From contig JAWVXD010000004.1 in assembly GCA_033723415.1 (NCBI GenBank), positions 128,001 to 192,000 on the forward strand: 64,000 nt of DNA, written 5' to 3'. Source of the stretch: Sulfurospirillaceae bacterium (lineage in GTDB: Bacteria > Campylobacterota > Campylobacteria > Campylobacterales > Sulfurospirillaceae). Shown here piece after piece: positions 10,079 through 20,953 of this stretch (within the stretch, counting starts at the first letter, position 1; each line of letters starts with the position of its first letter). Position numbers and translations under genes: made by a program. A model generated the notes under the pieces. That model worked only from the letters and a program-made list of their open reading frames with translations, did no database searches and was not told where the DNA came from.

Positions 10079-10783
10079 ATGAAAAAAAGTTTGATCTTAT
10101 CTTTCATACTGATTGCAAGTGTTGCCTTCAGTGCAACAAATGAAGAGATTATAAAACACTTTAAAGCACAAATCCCGATAGCGAATATACAAATAAAAGT
10201 AACTTCAAGGAAACAAATATCAAAAGATCTAGATTTTGTATCTTTGTATATAACAGACGGTAAAGACAGCCAAAGTGTTTCTATATTTACCAATGGAGAG
10301 TATATTTTCCCGGATGCGATCAATGTCAAAACAAACGTAAGTTTAAAAGACGAGATGAGAAGAGTTCAGATAAACAAGAACATATCAGAAGTCTACAAAA
10401 AAGAAGACAAAAAGAACATAATCTCAATAGGTCATGATCCAAAAAAAGAGACTCTTGTGATCTTCTCAGACCCAGAATGTCCCTTCTGCAAGAAAGAGTT
10501 GGACAATATAGAAAACGAACTTACAAAATACAACGTCAAGATGATCTTTACACCAGTCCATGACAGAAACTCATTGGCAAAATCTTACCTGATATACAAA
10601 TACATAAAAAATGCAAAAACAGACAAAGAAAAAATTGCTACGATCAGAAAGTATTTTGACTCAGAAACAGATGAAAAAGTCAGTGATGCAAATGTGAAAA
10701 AGATAGATGATCTAAGACAGAAGTATTTTGCTGCAGGCATTAACGGCACACCTTATAAGGTCATGGAAAAAGAAATAGAATAA
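10079..10783 (+). CDS. DsbC/DsbG-like periplasmic thiol:disulfide interchange protein
   Basis: Signal peptide; FSDPECPFC active site; GINGTP cis-Pro loop. Confidence 0.85.
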   Translation: MKKSLILSFILIASVAFSATNEEIIKHFKAQIPIANIQIKVTSRKQISKDLDFVSLYITDGKDSQSVSIFTNGEYIFPDAINVKTNVSLKDEMRRVQINKNISEVYKKEDKKNIISIGHDPKKETLVIFSDPECPFCKKELDNIENELTKYNVKMIFTPVHDRNSLAKSYLIYKYIKNAKTDKEKIATIRKYFDSETDEKVSDANVKKIDDLRQKYFAAGINGTPYKVMEKEIE

Positions 10784-10848
10784 AACTTTGTTTTTATTAA
10801 TATATTGATGATATAATATACTTCATCCTGTTATAAAAAGGTTTCAAG

Positions 10849-12891
10849 ATGGAGTATGAAAATATACAAGTGGCTCTCTTAGCCACGCTATTTTTACTCC
10901 TTGTCTATTTGCTTCTCAAGGCGAGGGGAAAGATTGCAAGCTTAGAAAAACGATTACATGACGAAGTCGAATACAAAAGTTTCATGGATTTTTTGCCGTT
11001 TCCTGTTTTTTATGAAAAAAAAGATATAAAATCAATATATACGAACAAAGCTTTCGACATACAATTCAATACCAACAAAAAACCGACTATAGAAACTTTA
11101 TCAAATTCTTACCTCCGTCCAGTAGAAAAGATGGAATTGATGTACGACAATGACATCAAAAGACAAGTCATGGTCTACTCTTCAAATATCTTCAATGAGA
11201 ACAAAGATGTTATAGCAACGATAAGATCCATAATAGACGTCAATACTCTTCAAGTGTTAATACACAGTTTATTGGAAAACAAACAAAGATATGAACTCTC
11301 TGTCGATAACTCTCTTTTTGGTGTATGGGATTGGGATATCAAAAAGGATCATTTCTATGTTTCCCCGCAATGGAAAAGGATCATGGGATACAAAGGAGAT
11401 GAAACTCCTAAAAATTTAAATTTTTGGTTAAACTTGGTTGATCCAAAAAATATGGCAAATATAAATCAAGCGATCAACAGACACCTCGAAGGCAGATCAG
11501 ATATATTCGCAGAAGAGCATGAAATAAAAATAAGCGGAGAGACAAGATGGATAAGTGTCACGGGAAAAGCCATATTTGACAGTAACAAGAAAGCCGTCAG
11601 ATTTTCCGGTTTGATCTTTGACATAAGTGATAGAAAACAAAGAGAAGCAATCAACAGTAGAAGCCAAAGACTCTTTGCTTCCTTTATGGATAACCTCCCT
11701 GCAATTGCTTTCATCAAAGATAAAAAAAGCCGATACGTTTATCTAAACAGCTTTTACCAAAACTATATAGGATTTAAAGAGTGGAAAAATAAAACACCTC
11801 TTGATATCTTTGATAAAGAAATAGCTAAAAACATTATGGAAAACGATAGAAAGGCTTTTTATGAAGGATCAAAAGAGCATGAAGAGCTCATCCCGAATGT
11901 AGAAGGCATACCTAAATATTTTGAAGCATATAAATTTCCTATAGATGCAGGAAACGATGAACAATTTATCTGTGGTTTTGCGATAGACATAACGCAAGAA
12001 AAGATGTATTTAGACAAAATCAATATGTATGCCAAGATATTTAACAACACAACAGAAGGAATCCTTATAACGGATGAAAATTTTAACATCATAGCTACCA
12101 ATAAAGCTTTTGAAACAAATATGGGATATAGTGAAAAAGAAGTCATAGGTAAAAATCCAAGCTTGTTAAAACCTCCTGAGCAGAGCAATGATTTTTATAA
12201 CAATTTATATCAAATCCTCAAAAAAGAAAATAAATACTCAGGCGAGATATTAATAGCAACAAAAGAAGGTGTCGTGATACCGGAGCTCATAAATATAAAC
12301 TGTATTAAAGATGCCAAAGGCAAAATAGTAAATTATTTTGCCATTTATCAGAACATAGCCGAACAAAAAAAACTTGAGAGGAAATTGACAAAACTAGCCC
12401 AATATGACACCTTGACGAAGCTTCCAAATAGATTTTTATTTAAATTCAAACTAGTAAATGCTCTGGATAGAGTAGAAAAGAACAATATAAAAGTAGCTTT
12501 GGTATTTGTTGATCTGGATGATTTTAAAAATATAAATGACACTTTAGGACATGATGCCGGAGATGTTGTTTTAGTGCATACGGCACAGCAATTACTCTTA
12601 AGCGTTCGTGAAAATGATGTAGTTGCTCGTCTTGGAGGGGATGAGTTTGTGATAATACTAGATGATATACAAAATATCGAAAATTTACAACATATATGTG
12701 AAAAGATATTGAAAAACTTAAATCAGCCATTTAAGCTTCTAAATACTAAATACAGTATAAATGCAAGTCTAGGCGTAAGTATAAGTCCAGATCATACTAA
12801 AAACTATCATGATCTCCTAAAGTATTCGGATAAAGCTATGTACCAAGCAAAGAACAGCGGCAAAAATAAAATAGTAATACATGAAGTTTGA
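10849..12891 (+). CDS. Multi-PAS diguanylate cyclase
   Basis: N-terminal TM; several PAS domains (GVWDWD); DLDDFKNINDTLGHDAGD and RLGGDEF. Confidence 0.92.
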   Translation: MEYENIQVALLATLFLLLVYLLLKARGKIASLEKRLHDEVEYKSFMDFLPFPVFYEKKDIKSIYTNKAFDIQFNTNKKPTIETLSNSYLRPVEKMELMYDNDIKRQVMVYSSNIFNENKDVIATIRSIIDVNTLQVLIHSLLENKQRYELSVDNSLFGVWDWDIKKDHFYVSPQWKRIMGYKGDETPKNLNFWLNLVDPKNMANINQAINRHLEGRSDIFAEEHEIKISGETRWISVTGKAIFDSNKKAVRFSGLIFDISDRKQREAINSRSQRLFASFMDNLPAIAFIKDKKSRYVYLNSFYQNYIGFKEWKNKTPLDIFDKEIAKNIMENDRKAFYEGSKEHEELIPNVEGIPKYFEAYKFPIDAGNDEQFICGFAIDITQEKMYLDKINMYAKIFNNTTEGILITDENFNIIATNKAFETNMGYSEKEVIGKNPSLLKPPEQSNDFYNNLYQILKKENKYSGEILIATKEGVVIPELININCIKDAKGKIVNYFAIYQNIAEQKKLERKLTKLAQYDTLTKLPNRFLFKFKLVNALDRVEKNNIKVALVFVDLDDFKNINDTLGHDAGDVVLVHTAQQLLLSVRENDVVARLGGDEFVIILDDIQNIENLQHICEKILKNLNQPFKLLNTKYSINASLGVSISPDHTKNYHDLLKYSDKAMYQAKNSGKNKIVIHEV

Positions 12892-12954
12892 TTAAGGTCT
12901 CATTCACATTTCCGTGATATGATTTGTAATCATACCCAAATAAGGAGGCAGAGT

Positions 12955-13629
12955 TTGAAAGCAAATCTTTTAATGATAGAAGATGACACTGAACTAGCAG
13001 ATTTATTATGTGCTTTCCTCTCAAAATACAATATAAACGTTACAAATTATGAAGATCCGTTTATTGGGATCAGTGCTTTGAATATCGGTAAATTTGACTT
13101 GGTTATATTAGATTTATCATTGCCAGGACTTGATGGTTTGGAGATTTGCAAAGAGATCAGACAAACATCAAATATACCTATAATCATCTCATCGGCTAGA
13201 AGCGATGTAGAAGACAAGATCATAGGTCTGATGCTGGGAGCAGATGATTATCTGCCAAAGCCATATGAGCCAAAAGAGTTATATGCACGCATTATCAGTG
13301 TTCTAAGAAGATATAAAGTAAACTTTGAAGAGAAAGAAAAAGCAGAGATCTTTCATCTGGATAAGGATGCCATGACTATAACTTTCATGGGTGAAAAATT
13401 ACAATTGACAAAGGCTGAATATGAAGTATTGAGCTATCTTATAGAGCGAAGAAATTGTGCGATCACAAGGACTGAGCTGATAAATCACTCTTTATCTCTT
13501 GACAGTGAAAACGAAAGCAGAAGTCTAGACGTACTAATAAGCAGAATAAGACAAAAACTGGGAGAATCTTCAAAACATCCAAAATACATACACTCTATAA
13601 GAGGAATGGGGTATAGGTTACAAATTTGA
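12955..13629 (+). CDS. OmpR-family response regulator
   Basis: IEDD, ILDLSLPGLDG, GADDYLPKP, RSLDVLISRIRQKL and IRGMGY. TTG start at 12955 follows AGGAGG. Confidence 0.92.
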   Translation: MKANLLMIEDDTELADLLCAFLSKYNINVTNYEDPFIGISALNIGKFDLVILDLSLPGLDGLEICKEIRQTSNIPIIISSARSDVEDKIIGLMLGADDYLPKPYEPKELYARIISVLRRYKVNFEEKEKAEIFHLDKDAMTITFMGEKLQLTKAEYEVLSYLIERRNCAITRTELINHSLSLDSENESRSLDVLISRIRQKLGESSKHPKYIHSIRGMGYRLQI

Positions 13630-14888
13630 AATGGTATAACTCTATAATTACAAAAATATCTCTAATCTTCATATTTGCTCTCATGGGCATAGGAACCGTA
13701 TTATTTTTATTTGTTAAACATGAAAGACAAAAAGAACTGGACAATGTTGAAGGCTACGCTAGATACGCTCTTCACTACTCTTTTAACAGGATGACAAGAA
13801 AATTGAATTTTGACAATCTGGACAATCTAGGTCTCGTAATTTTGAAAGATCCTAGATTAAGAGATAAGATACTAGAGCAAAAGCAATATTTTGACACCCA
13901 GAGGATGGGCCCTCATATGATGATGAGACAGGCTCTCGGCTCTAGTATAAGTGCTGTGCCTTTTGATAAAAAGATATATATTGTTTTAGATAGAAGCGAT
14001 TCTCAAGATCTCGTTTTTTCTACTCCGTATAAAAAAGAGGTTCTAGCTACAGTAATATATCCTTTGATCTTCATATTGCTTATTATTTTGCTTTATATTG
14101 CTATCATTAAAAATATTCTTCCTTTATATAGTTTGAGACGCAAGATCAAGCAATTTGCCAATGGAAATTATGAAATCGAGTGTAAAAGCGAACACAAAGA
14201 TGAGATAGGAATATTGTCAAACGACTTTGACTATGCCGTCAAGAAGATCAAAAAACTAAGAGACTCCAGACAGCTGTTCTTGCGAAATATTATGCATGAG
14301 CTAAAAACTCCTATAACCAAGGGTAAATTTGTCACAGAACTGGCAAATGAAGAAAATCTAAAAAAGTCTCTAAACAACATATTTTTACGACAAGAAACCC
14401 TTCTCGAAGAGTTTTCAAGAATAGAGAAATTAAATGCAAACGAACTAAAGATCAACAAACAACCTTACTTACTCGAAGATGTTTTTGATTTTGCGGCCGA
14501 TATTTTAAGTCATGATGTCAGCAAAGTCGAAAAAAACTTAACTCCTGTAAAAATAAATGTAGATTTTGAACTATTTGGTACGGCTCTAAAAAATTTATTG
14601 GACAACGGCATCAACTATTCGGATGATTCAAAAGTATCCATAACAAATGATGAATCAAAAATAATCATATCAAATATCGGGAAAAAGCTAGAATTTCCAC
14701 TGCAAAATTACAAAGAACCTTTTCATTTAGATGGAGAAAAACAAAAAAGTTCGCGTGGACTAGGCTTTGGGCTATACATAACCTTGCATGTCATAGAGTT
14801 GCACAATATGTCCTTAGAATACAAAAGAGAAGGCAACCAAAATAATTTTATTATCCATCTAAAGAATGAATCTATAAAAATAGTCTAA
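13626..14888 (+). CDS. Sensor histidine kinase with HAMP (epsilonproteobacterial ArsS/CrdS-like class)
   Basis: Two TMs, HAMP, LRNIMHELKTPITKG, NLLDNGINYS and GLGFGLYI. Confidence 0.9.
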   Translation: MKWYNSIITKISLIFIFALMGIGTVLFLFVKHERQKELDNVEGYARYALHYSFNRMTRKLNFDNLDNLGLVILKDPRLRDKILEQKQYFDTQRMGPHMMMRQALGSSISAVPFDKKIYIVLDRSDSQDLVFSTPYKKEVLATVIYPLIFILLIILLYIAIIKNILPLYSLRRKIKQFANGNYEIECKSEHKDEIGILSNDFDYAVKKIKKLRDSRQLFLRNIMHELKTPITKGKFVTELANEENLKKSLNNIFLRQETLLEEFSRIEKLNANELKINKQPYLLEDVFDFAADILSHDVSKVEKNLTPVKINVDFELFGTALKNLLDNGINYSDDSKVSITNDESKIIISNIGKKLEFPLQNYKEPFHLDGEKQKSSRGLGFGLYITLHVIELHNMSLEYKREGNQNNFIIHLKNESIKIV

Positions 14889-15763
14889 TTGTCATTGCAA
14901 TTTTCATACTCTACCTGCCAAGTAGTATGACTTATCCCAAAATCGTTTTTAGCGATCTTCGTAAGTTCTCTCATAATATCATTTGATTCACTAATATTCA
15001 AATTTTCATTCAAACTCACATGAGCTTCTATAAACACATTCTTGTCATCCAACTGCCAAAGGTGTACATGATGTATATCTTTGATCTGAGGGTTTTTCTT
15101 TAACTTATTTTTCAATGCATTTGTATCCAAATCTCTAGGGCTGTGCTGCATAAGTATCTCAACACTTTGTTTGACGATATCGTAAGACATATAAATAAGA
15201 TAAAATGCTATCAAAAGAGTGATAGCAGAATCAATCCAATATATATGCCAAAACATCATGACAAGCCCGCCTATCAAAACAGCGACTGAAGTCGCTACAT
15301 CACTAAGTAGATGAAGGTAAGCTGATCTGATATTTAGATTGTGGTGAGAATCTTCTTTTATCAATATAACACTTACAAAGTTCAAAACTATACTCAAAAT
15401 AGCCAGAAAGATAACCCAAGAAGATTTAATTTCTACAGGATTGATAAATTTACTGATCGCTTCAACAACAAGATATAATCCAATTCCTATCAAGACCGTT
15501 GCATTGAACAATGAAGCCAGTATCTCAGCTCTTTTGTATCCAAAAGTCTTTGTCTCTGTTCTTGGTTTTTTAGATATTTTATTTGCCGTATAACTCAACA
15601 AAAGTGCGATAACGTCACTAAAATTATGCAAGGCATCACTAAGCAAAGCCAAAGAGCCTGACACTATTCCTCCCACTATTTGAGCGATAGTAATGATTAT
15701 GTTTAACACTATGGTTATAAAAAGATTTTTACCGCTTACTTCGTGGTGGTGATGTTCTGACAT
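14885..15763 (-). CDS. Cation diffusion facilitator (CzcD-like Zn/Co/Cd exporter)
   Basis: His-rich N-terminus; SLALLSDALHNFSD, TFGYKRAE, HLLSD and IHHVHLW. Confidence 0.92.
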   Translation of the reverse strand: MSEHHHHEVSGKNLFITIVLNIIITIAQIVGGIVSGSLALLSDALHNFSDVIALLLSYTANKISKKPRTETKTFGYKRAEILASLFNATVLIGIGLYLVVEAISKFINPVEIKSSWVIFLAILSIVLNFVSVILIKEDSHHNLNIRSAYLHLLSDVATSVAVLIGGLVMMFWHIYWIDSAITLLIAFYLIYMSYDIVKQSVEILMQHSPRDLDTNALKNKLKKNPQIKDIHHVHLWQLDDKNVFIEAHVSLNENLNISESNDIMRELTKIAKNDFGISHTTWQVEYENCNDN

Positions 15764-15819
15764 AACTTTGACCTTTACTTATATATGAGAAGTATTTTAC
15801 CTAAAATATCTATCAAATA

Positions 15820-16065
15820 TTAACTCTTGGCAGAATTTTCCAATATAGCTATAACTTCATCTTTGCTCAATACTTTTCCGGTTGATTTTACTTCACCCTC
15901 AACCACGAGAGCCGGCGTATTCATAACACCATAATCCATGATCTTTTGAATATCTTCTACTTTTTCCACACTGTGAAATCCCCCGATCTGTGCAACCGCA
16001 TCTTTTACGATTTTCTCAAGTGTTTTGCATTTTGCACAACCTGTTCCTAGTACTTCTATTTTCAC
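15820..16065 (-). CDS. Small redox-active disulfide protein (MTH895/thioredoxin-like), ars-associated
   Basis: IEVLGTGCAKC and YGVMNTPALVV. Confidence 0.88.
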   Translation of the reverse strand: MKIEVLGTGCAKCKTLEKIVKDAVAQIGGFHSVEKVEDIQKIMDYGVMNTPALVVEGEVKSTGKVLSKDEVIAILENSAKS

Positions 16066-16079
16066 GTTAACTCCTTTAT

Positions 16080-17024
16080 TTATAAAATTGCATTAAATAT
16101 ATAACCTATGGCGATGATACCAAGCCCAACGATTCCGAAAAACAGACTTATTAGTCTTATATGTAATATTCTTTTCAATATCATGGCCTCAGGCAGACTC
16201 AGAGCAGTAACTGCCATCATAAAGGACAATGCCGTGCCAAGGAGCATTCCTTTTGAGGTCAAGACTTGAACCAAAGGCATAATGCCTGCTGCATTTGAAT
16301 ACATAGGTATACCCATCAAAACAGCGATCAATACAGCGTAAGGATTGCTTCCTCCTGCATATTTTGCTATAAAATCAGCAGGAACGTATCCGTGGATGAA
16401 AGCTCCGACACCGACACCTATCATAACATAGATATAGATCTTTTTGAAGATATCTACCGTATAATCCCAAGCTTCTTTTACTCTTTGTTTTAAGGTCAAC
16501 TTTATCTTGACTTCGTCTAATTCACCTTCCATCAGTTTGACATCAAGTAAGATATATTTTTCCATATTCATGCGACCTATGAAAAATCCTCCAAGAATTG
16601 CCACAAGAAGACCAAATCCTATATAAATAGCCGTAATCTTCCAACCAAAAAGACCAAACAACAGCGCTATTGCTATCTCATTGTTCATAGGAGAGCTGAT
16701 GAGAAAACTAAAAGTCACCCCAAGAGGAATTCTCGCTTGAATAAATCCTAAGAAAAGAGGTATGGCACTACAACTGCAAAATGGCGTTATGATACCAAAA
16801 ACAGCGGCCAGAACATTGCCGTAAAATTGTGATTTTCCCTGCAAATGAGCTCTGACATACTCAGTATTAAAATGCGTTCTGAGATATGAAACTACAAATA
16901 TGATCACAACAAGCAAAAACCAAATCTTAATAGTGTCATAAATAAAGAAATTTACCGTTTCATTTACTCTGCCGCTTAAACCCAATATGTCAACTGTTAG
17001 AAAATCAACTGTCTCTTTCCACAT
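16080..17024 (-). CDS. ArsP/DUF318-family permease
   Basis: TPFCSCSAIP, SFLISSP, GIPMYSNAAG and ALSLPE; located in the ars operon. Confidence 0.85.
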   Translation of the reverse strand: MWKETVDFLTVDILGLSGRVNETVNFFIYDTIKIWFLLVVIIFVVSYLRTHFNTEYVRAHLQGKSQFYGNVLAAVFGIITPFCSCSAIPLFLGFIQARIPLGVTFSFLISSPMNNEIAIALLFGLFGWKITAIYIGFGLLVAILGGFFIGRMNMEKYILLDVKLMEGELDEVKIKLTLKQRVKEAWDYTVDIFKKIYIYVMIGVGVGAFIHGYVPADFIAKYAGGSNPYAVLIAVLMGIPMYSNAAGIMPLVQVLTSKGMLLGTALSFMMAVTALSLPEAMILKRILHIRLISLFFGIVGLGIIAIGYIFNAIL

Positions 17025-17026
17025 CT

Positions 17027-17428
17027 TTACTCCAATATCTCTTTAATTTTTGGCAGTAATACTGCTTCGATCTCGCTATACAGCTTCTCAAATGCTTCGT
17101 ACCCTTCACCATCAGGATCTACAAATCCAACATGTATCTTTTTCACTGCTCTTGGAAACATCGGACACGTCTCTTTGGCATTATCGCAAACCGTAATCAC
17201 GAGGTCGAAGTCTTCATCAAACACTTCATCTAAAACTTTCGAGCGGTATTCATCTCTCCAAATACCGTGCTCTTCTAATACTTTTTTCGCATATTGGTTC
17301 ACTTTTCCGCTTGCCTTTACGCCGCTACTTTTTGCTTCAACACCATCTAAAAATGCGTTTATTTGGGCTTCTGCAATGATACTTCTGCAACTATTTCCGG
17401 TACATAGAACCAATACTTTTTTTATCAT
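17027..17428 (-). CDS. arsC: Arsenate reductase, thioredoxin-coupled (LMW-PTP fold)
   Basis: CTGNSCRS, TVCD...CP and DP motifs; located in the ars operon. Confidence 0.92.
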   Translation of the reverse strand: MIKKVLVLCTGNSCRSIIAEAQINAFLDGVEAKSSGVKASGKVNQYAKKVLEEHGIWRDEYRSKVLDEVFDEDFDLVITVCDNAKETCPMFPRAVKKIHVGFVDPDGEGYEAFEKLYSEIEAVLLPKIKEILE

Positions 17429-17509
17429 TTAACTATCTCCTTTATCTTGGAACTCGTCCCAAGTTAAATTCCTCTCACTAAAGCTAACGCTTCGCGTAGA
17501 ATATTTCAT
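17429..17509 (-). repeat. Two-hairpin intergenic repeat element, copy A, with 26-aa ORF MKYSTRSVSFSERNLTWDEFQDKGDS
   Basis: Homologous to 33033-33119 and 44858-45019. Structure: ACGC-GAA-GCGT, 16-nt linker, TTAACTTGGGAC-GA-GTTCCAAGATAA, then AAAGGAGA SD. The ORF stop directly abuts the arsC ATG. Confidence 0.85.
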
Positions 17510-17521
17510 TAATTGTCTCCT

Positions 17522-18775
17522 TTAAACTAAGCTCAATAGTACGATCAGTAGCACCGGAGGTGTGACCAAAAGACCAAATTTACTATACTGCCAAAATCCT
17601 ATCTTTATCCCTTTTTTTGCCAAGACATGAAGCCAGAGCAGTGTTGCCAAAGATCCAAACGGTGTCATCTTCGGACCTAGATTGCAGCCTATGATATTAG
17701 CATAAGCAAGGGCATGATTTTGTACGTGCTGCAAAGCTATATCCATTATCATAACCGTTGGCATATTGTTCATGATGGCACTTAGAAACGCAGATATAAA
17801 GCCTGTTCCTACGATAGCTACAATGTCACCTTTTTTACTAAGTTCATGCAAAATGATTGCCAAATGATCCGTCAAACCTGCATTTTTCAAACCGTAGACT
17901 ACGATATAAAGACCTATGCTAAACCATACAACCTGCCAAGGGGCATTTTTTATAGTAAGCCATGCTTTTGCGCTTTTTGTATAACTGGCTATTGCCAGGA
18001 AGACCAAGCCGCCTCCTAGCGCAAAAAGACTGATCGGAAGATGAAAATGATCCCCTATAAAATACCCGATCAACAATAAGCTCAGGAAGAACCAGCTAAA
18101 TTTAAACAATGTTTTATTTTTTAGTACGTCATCTTCATTTTTCAACAAACTTATATCTACGCTCTTTGGTATATCTTTGCGTAAGATAATCCAAAGTACC
18201 GCAATAGAAACAATCGTGCTGATAAAATATGGGAAGATCATATGTTGTAGGTACTCTAAAAATCCTATATGAAAGTAATTTGCCGTTACGATATTTGTCA
18301 AATTTGAAAATACAAAAGGCAGGGATGCACTGTCACTTATAAATCCACCCGCCAAGATAAAAGCTAAAATCGTCTTTGCATCTAACTTGAGGATTCTCAT
18401 CTTTGCCAACAAAATAGGCGTCAAGATCAATGCCGCACCATCATTTGCAAACAAAGCAGATACAAATGAACCAAGAGCCAGAGAATAAACAAACATAAGA
18501 TGTCCGTTGCCCTTTGACAGTTTTGCCATCTTTATAGCACACCATTCAAAAAAACCTATCTCATCAAGGACCATCGACAGTATGATAATCCCGACAAAAG
18601 CCAATGTGGCATCCCAAACTATTCCTGTGACTATCGCTATATCATTAAAACTTACAACGCCCAAAACCAAAGCGACTATTGCCCCAATGATGGCAGTAGT
18701 TCCTATCTGCAAGCCACGAGGTTGCCATATCACAAAAATAAGTGTTATTAAAAACAGACTACTTGCCAGTATCAT
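17522..18775 (-). CDS. arsB: Arsenite efflux pump
   Basis: WQPRGL, ALFANDGAALILTP, SNLTNIV, MNNMPTV and LGPKMTPFGSLATLLW. Confidence 0.95.
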   Translation of the reverse strand: MILASSLFLITLIFVIWQPRGLQIGTTAIIGAIVALVLGVVSFNDIAIVTGIVWDATLAFVGIIILSMVLDEIGFFEWCAIKMAKLSKGNGHLMFVYSLALGSFVSALFANDGAALILTPILLAKMRILKLDAKTILAFILAGGFISDSASLPFVFSNLTNIVTANYFHIGFLEYLQHMIFPYFISTIVSIAVLWIILRKDIPKSVDISLLKNEDDVLKNKTLFKFSWFFLSLLLIGYFIGDHFHLPISLFALGGGLVFLAIASYTKSAKAWLTIKNAPWQVVWFSIGLYIVVYGLKNAGLTDHLAIILHELSKKGDIVAIVGTGFISAFLSAIMNNMPTVMIMDIALQHVQNHALAYANIIGCNLGPKMTPFGSLATLLWLHVLAKKGIKIGFWQYSKFGLLVTPPVLLIVLLSLV

Positions 18776-19082
18776 CTACAACACACACATTATTAAGTTT
18801 TGGAATATTTAATTCTAAGTAGCTTATCTCTTCTAAGATAGCTTGCCTAAAAGCATCTAGTGGTTTTCTTATACTGTAATACGCCCATCTCCCTCTACGT
18901 TCAACTCTCAAAAAACCTGCATCTTTTAGAATTTTCAGATGTCTGGAAATACGAGATTGGATCATATCAAAGGAACTTTCTATGTCACATACGCATACTT
19001 CACCGTAAACGTCTATAAATCTAAGAATTTGTACTCTGGTTTCGTCATTTATCGCACCGGCAGTTTTTAAAAATATATCCAT
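18759..19082 (-). CDS. arsR: ArsR/SmtB-family repressor
   Basis: EVCVCDI metal site, QSRISRHLKILK and RRGRWAYY; first gene of the ars operon. Confidence 0.92.
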   Translation of the reverse strand: MDIFLKTAGAINDETRVQILRFIDVYGEVCVCDIESSFDMIQSRISRHLKILKDAGFLRVERRGRWAYYSIRKPLDAFRQAILEEISYLELNIPKLNNVCVVDDTGK

Positions 19083-19116
19083 ATACTTGCCTTCTTTTGA
19101 AAAATTTTTAGCAGTA

Positions 19117-19172
19117 TATCATAATTATTACAACATATCAAGATATATTGATATGTTGTAATAATTATGATA
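19117..19172. promoter_or_regulatory. Perfect 25-bp inverted repeat, probable ArsR operator
   Basis: TATCATAATTATTACAACATATCAA-GATATA-TTGATATGTTGTAATAATTATGATA, about 35 bp upstream of arsR. Confidence 0.7.
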
Positions 19173-19256
19173 ATTTATTAAGTCTTTTTAAATACTAATA
19201 AAAGTATTATACGATTTAAAATTTATATTCTCTCCAGATGCTAAAAGGATAATTCT

Positions 19257-20945
19257 ATGAAATTAGCTACCAAAACGTTACTTGTTGTTTTATTATTTTT
19301 AACACTAACAGCTTCATCTATAGTCGCTATTTCTGCGTACTTCAGTTATAGAGACACAAGAACATTCAGCCATAATTTTGAAGCACAGATACATAAACAA
19401 ACGCGAGAAAAGGTTAAAACCGAGATAGATATAGCCATAAGTACAGCTCAGACTATTTATGATAAAGAAACAAAAGCCGGAGTCAAAGATGAAGAGATCA
19501 AAAAGAATATCAAAGATGCACTAAGAGGTATCACTTTTGACAACGGAGTAGGATACTTTTTTGCCTATGCGCATAACGGAGATAGAGTTTTTCACAATAA
19601 ATTACCGGCAACTGAAGGAAAAAATTATATCAACCTTGAAGATTCACATGGTACACAGATCGTTAAAGAATTAATAAAAGCTGCACAAAACGGCGGAGGA
19701 TTCGTTACATATTATTTTCCTAAAGAAAAAGGAGGAACTCCTTATCCAAAACTTAGCTATACAAAAGATTTCAAACCTTACGGCTGGGCGATCGGTACAG
19801 GAGAATACATAGATGGTATTGACGCAAAGATGAAAAAAGTTGATGCAAATGCACAAGAATCATTTTTGCATAATATGTATGTCTTCATCTCTATAATTAT
19901 TATCTGTGCAATTTTTGGATCTATCGTTATTTATTTCTTGCTAAAATTCATCCTGTCAAAACCTCTATTTGAATTAGCAGAAACCACTAAAGACTTAGCA
20001 AGCGGCGATGGAGATCTAACAAAAAAATTAAAAATCAAAGGCAATGATGAGATATCAATAGCCAGCAAAGAGATAAATAACTTTATAGAAAAAGTAAGAG
20101 TCATGACAGAAAATGCAAAATCTCTCTCAGCTGAAAATTCATCTATATCCAATGAGCTCTCAAATACATCTTTAGAAGTCGGAAAACTAGTAGAAAATTC
20201 AACAAAACTTGTAAATACCACTACTGAAAAAGCAAGCCTTATCTATAAAGATATGTCAGAAAGTATAGAAGAAGCGAAAGTAGCAAAAGAAGATTTGGAA
20301 AATGCCAATACTTCTCTAGGCGGTGCAAGCGAAGCCATCTTGAAACTCACTAAAGACATCCAAGACAGTGCTGCACTAGAGATAGAAATGGCAGAGAAAA
20401 TTCAACAATTAAGCACTGATGCAGAACAGGTAAAACAAGTTTTAAGCGTGATTAGCGATATAGCCGAGCAAACAAATCTTCTAGCGCTAAATGCAGCCAT
20501 TGAAGCAGCTCGTGCAGGTGAACACGGTAGAGGCTTTGCCGTAGTTGCCGATGAAGTAAGAAAACTGGCAGAGAGAACACAAAAATCATTATCAGAAATA
20601 AATGCTACCATCAATGTCATAGTTCAGGCTATAACAGAATCTAGTCACCAGATGACACTAAATTCAAAAAATGTAGAAGAGCTTAGTCAGACTGCTTTTG
20701 GTGTAGAAAAGAAGATCAATGACCTGTCTGATGTTATGGTAAAAGCAAATAACATGGCTGAAAACAGTGTCGATAAATATATTCAAAGCGGCAACAGCAT
20801 CAAAGAGATCATAGGAAATATAGAAGAAGTAAATAAGATCTCAACGAAAAATACAAGAAGCATAGAAGAGATAGCGAGTGCAGCAGAACATATGAATGAT
20901 ATGACAGAAACACTCAAGAACAAATTATCAGAATTTAGAACTTGA
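19257..20945 (+). CDS. Methyl-accepting chemotaxis protein with Cache sensor domain
   Basis: GYFFAY...[21 protein letters not shown]ache domain; [42 protein letters not shown]. Confidence 0.95.
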   Translation: MKLATKTLLVVLLFLTLTASSIVAISAYFSYRDTRTFSHNFEAQIHKQTREKVKTEIDIAISTAQTIYDKETKAGVKDEEIKKNIKDALRGITFDNGVGYFFAYAHNGDRVFHNKLPATEGKNYINLEDSHGTQIVKELIKAAQNGGGFVTYYFPKEKGGTPYPKLSYTKDFKPYGWAIGTGEYIDGIDAKMKKVDANAQESFLHNMYVFISIIIICAIFGSIVIYFLLKFILSKPLFELAETTKDLASGDGDLTKKLKIKGNDEISIASKEINNFIEKVRVMTENAKSLSAENSSISNELSNTSLEVGKLVENSTKLVNTTTEKASLIYKDMSESIEEAKVAKEDLENANTSLGGASEAILKLTKDIQDSAALEIEMAEKIQQLSTDAEQVKQVLSVISDIAEQTNLLALNAAIEAARAGEHGRGFAVVADEVRKLAERTQKSLSEINATINVIVQAITESSHQMTLNSKNVEELSQTAFGVEKKINDLSDVMVKANNMAENSVDKYIQSGNSIKEIIGNIEEVNKISTKNTRSIEEIASAAEHMNDMTETLKNKLSEFRT

Positions 20946-20953
20946 TAAGAGTT

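Noticed and set aside
15820..17024. Selenoprotein variants (UGA read-through) of the thioredoxin-like, DUF318 and DsrE genes, prompted by selAB
   Set aside because: All relevant positions are ordinary Cys codons within uninterrupted ORFs. I found no in-frame TGA needing recoding and no tRNA-Sec in the window.
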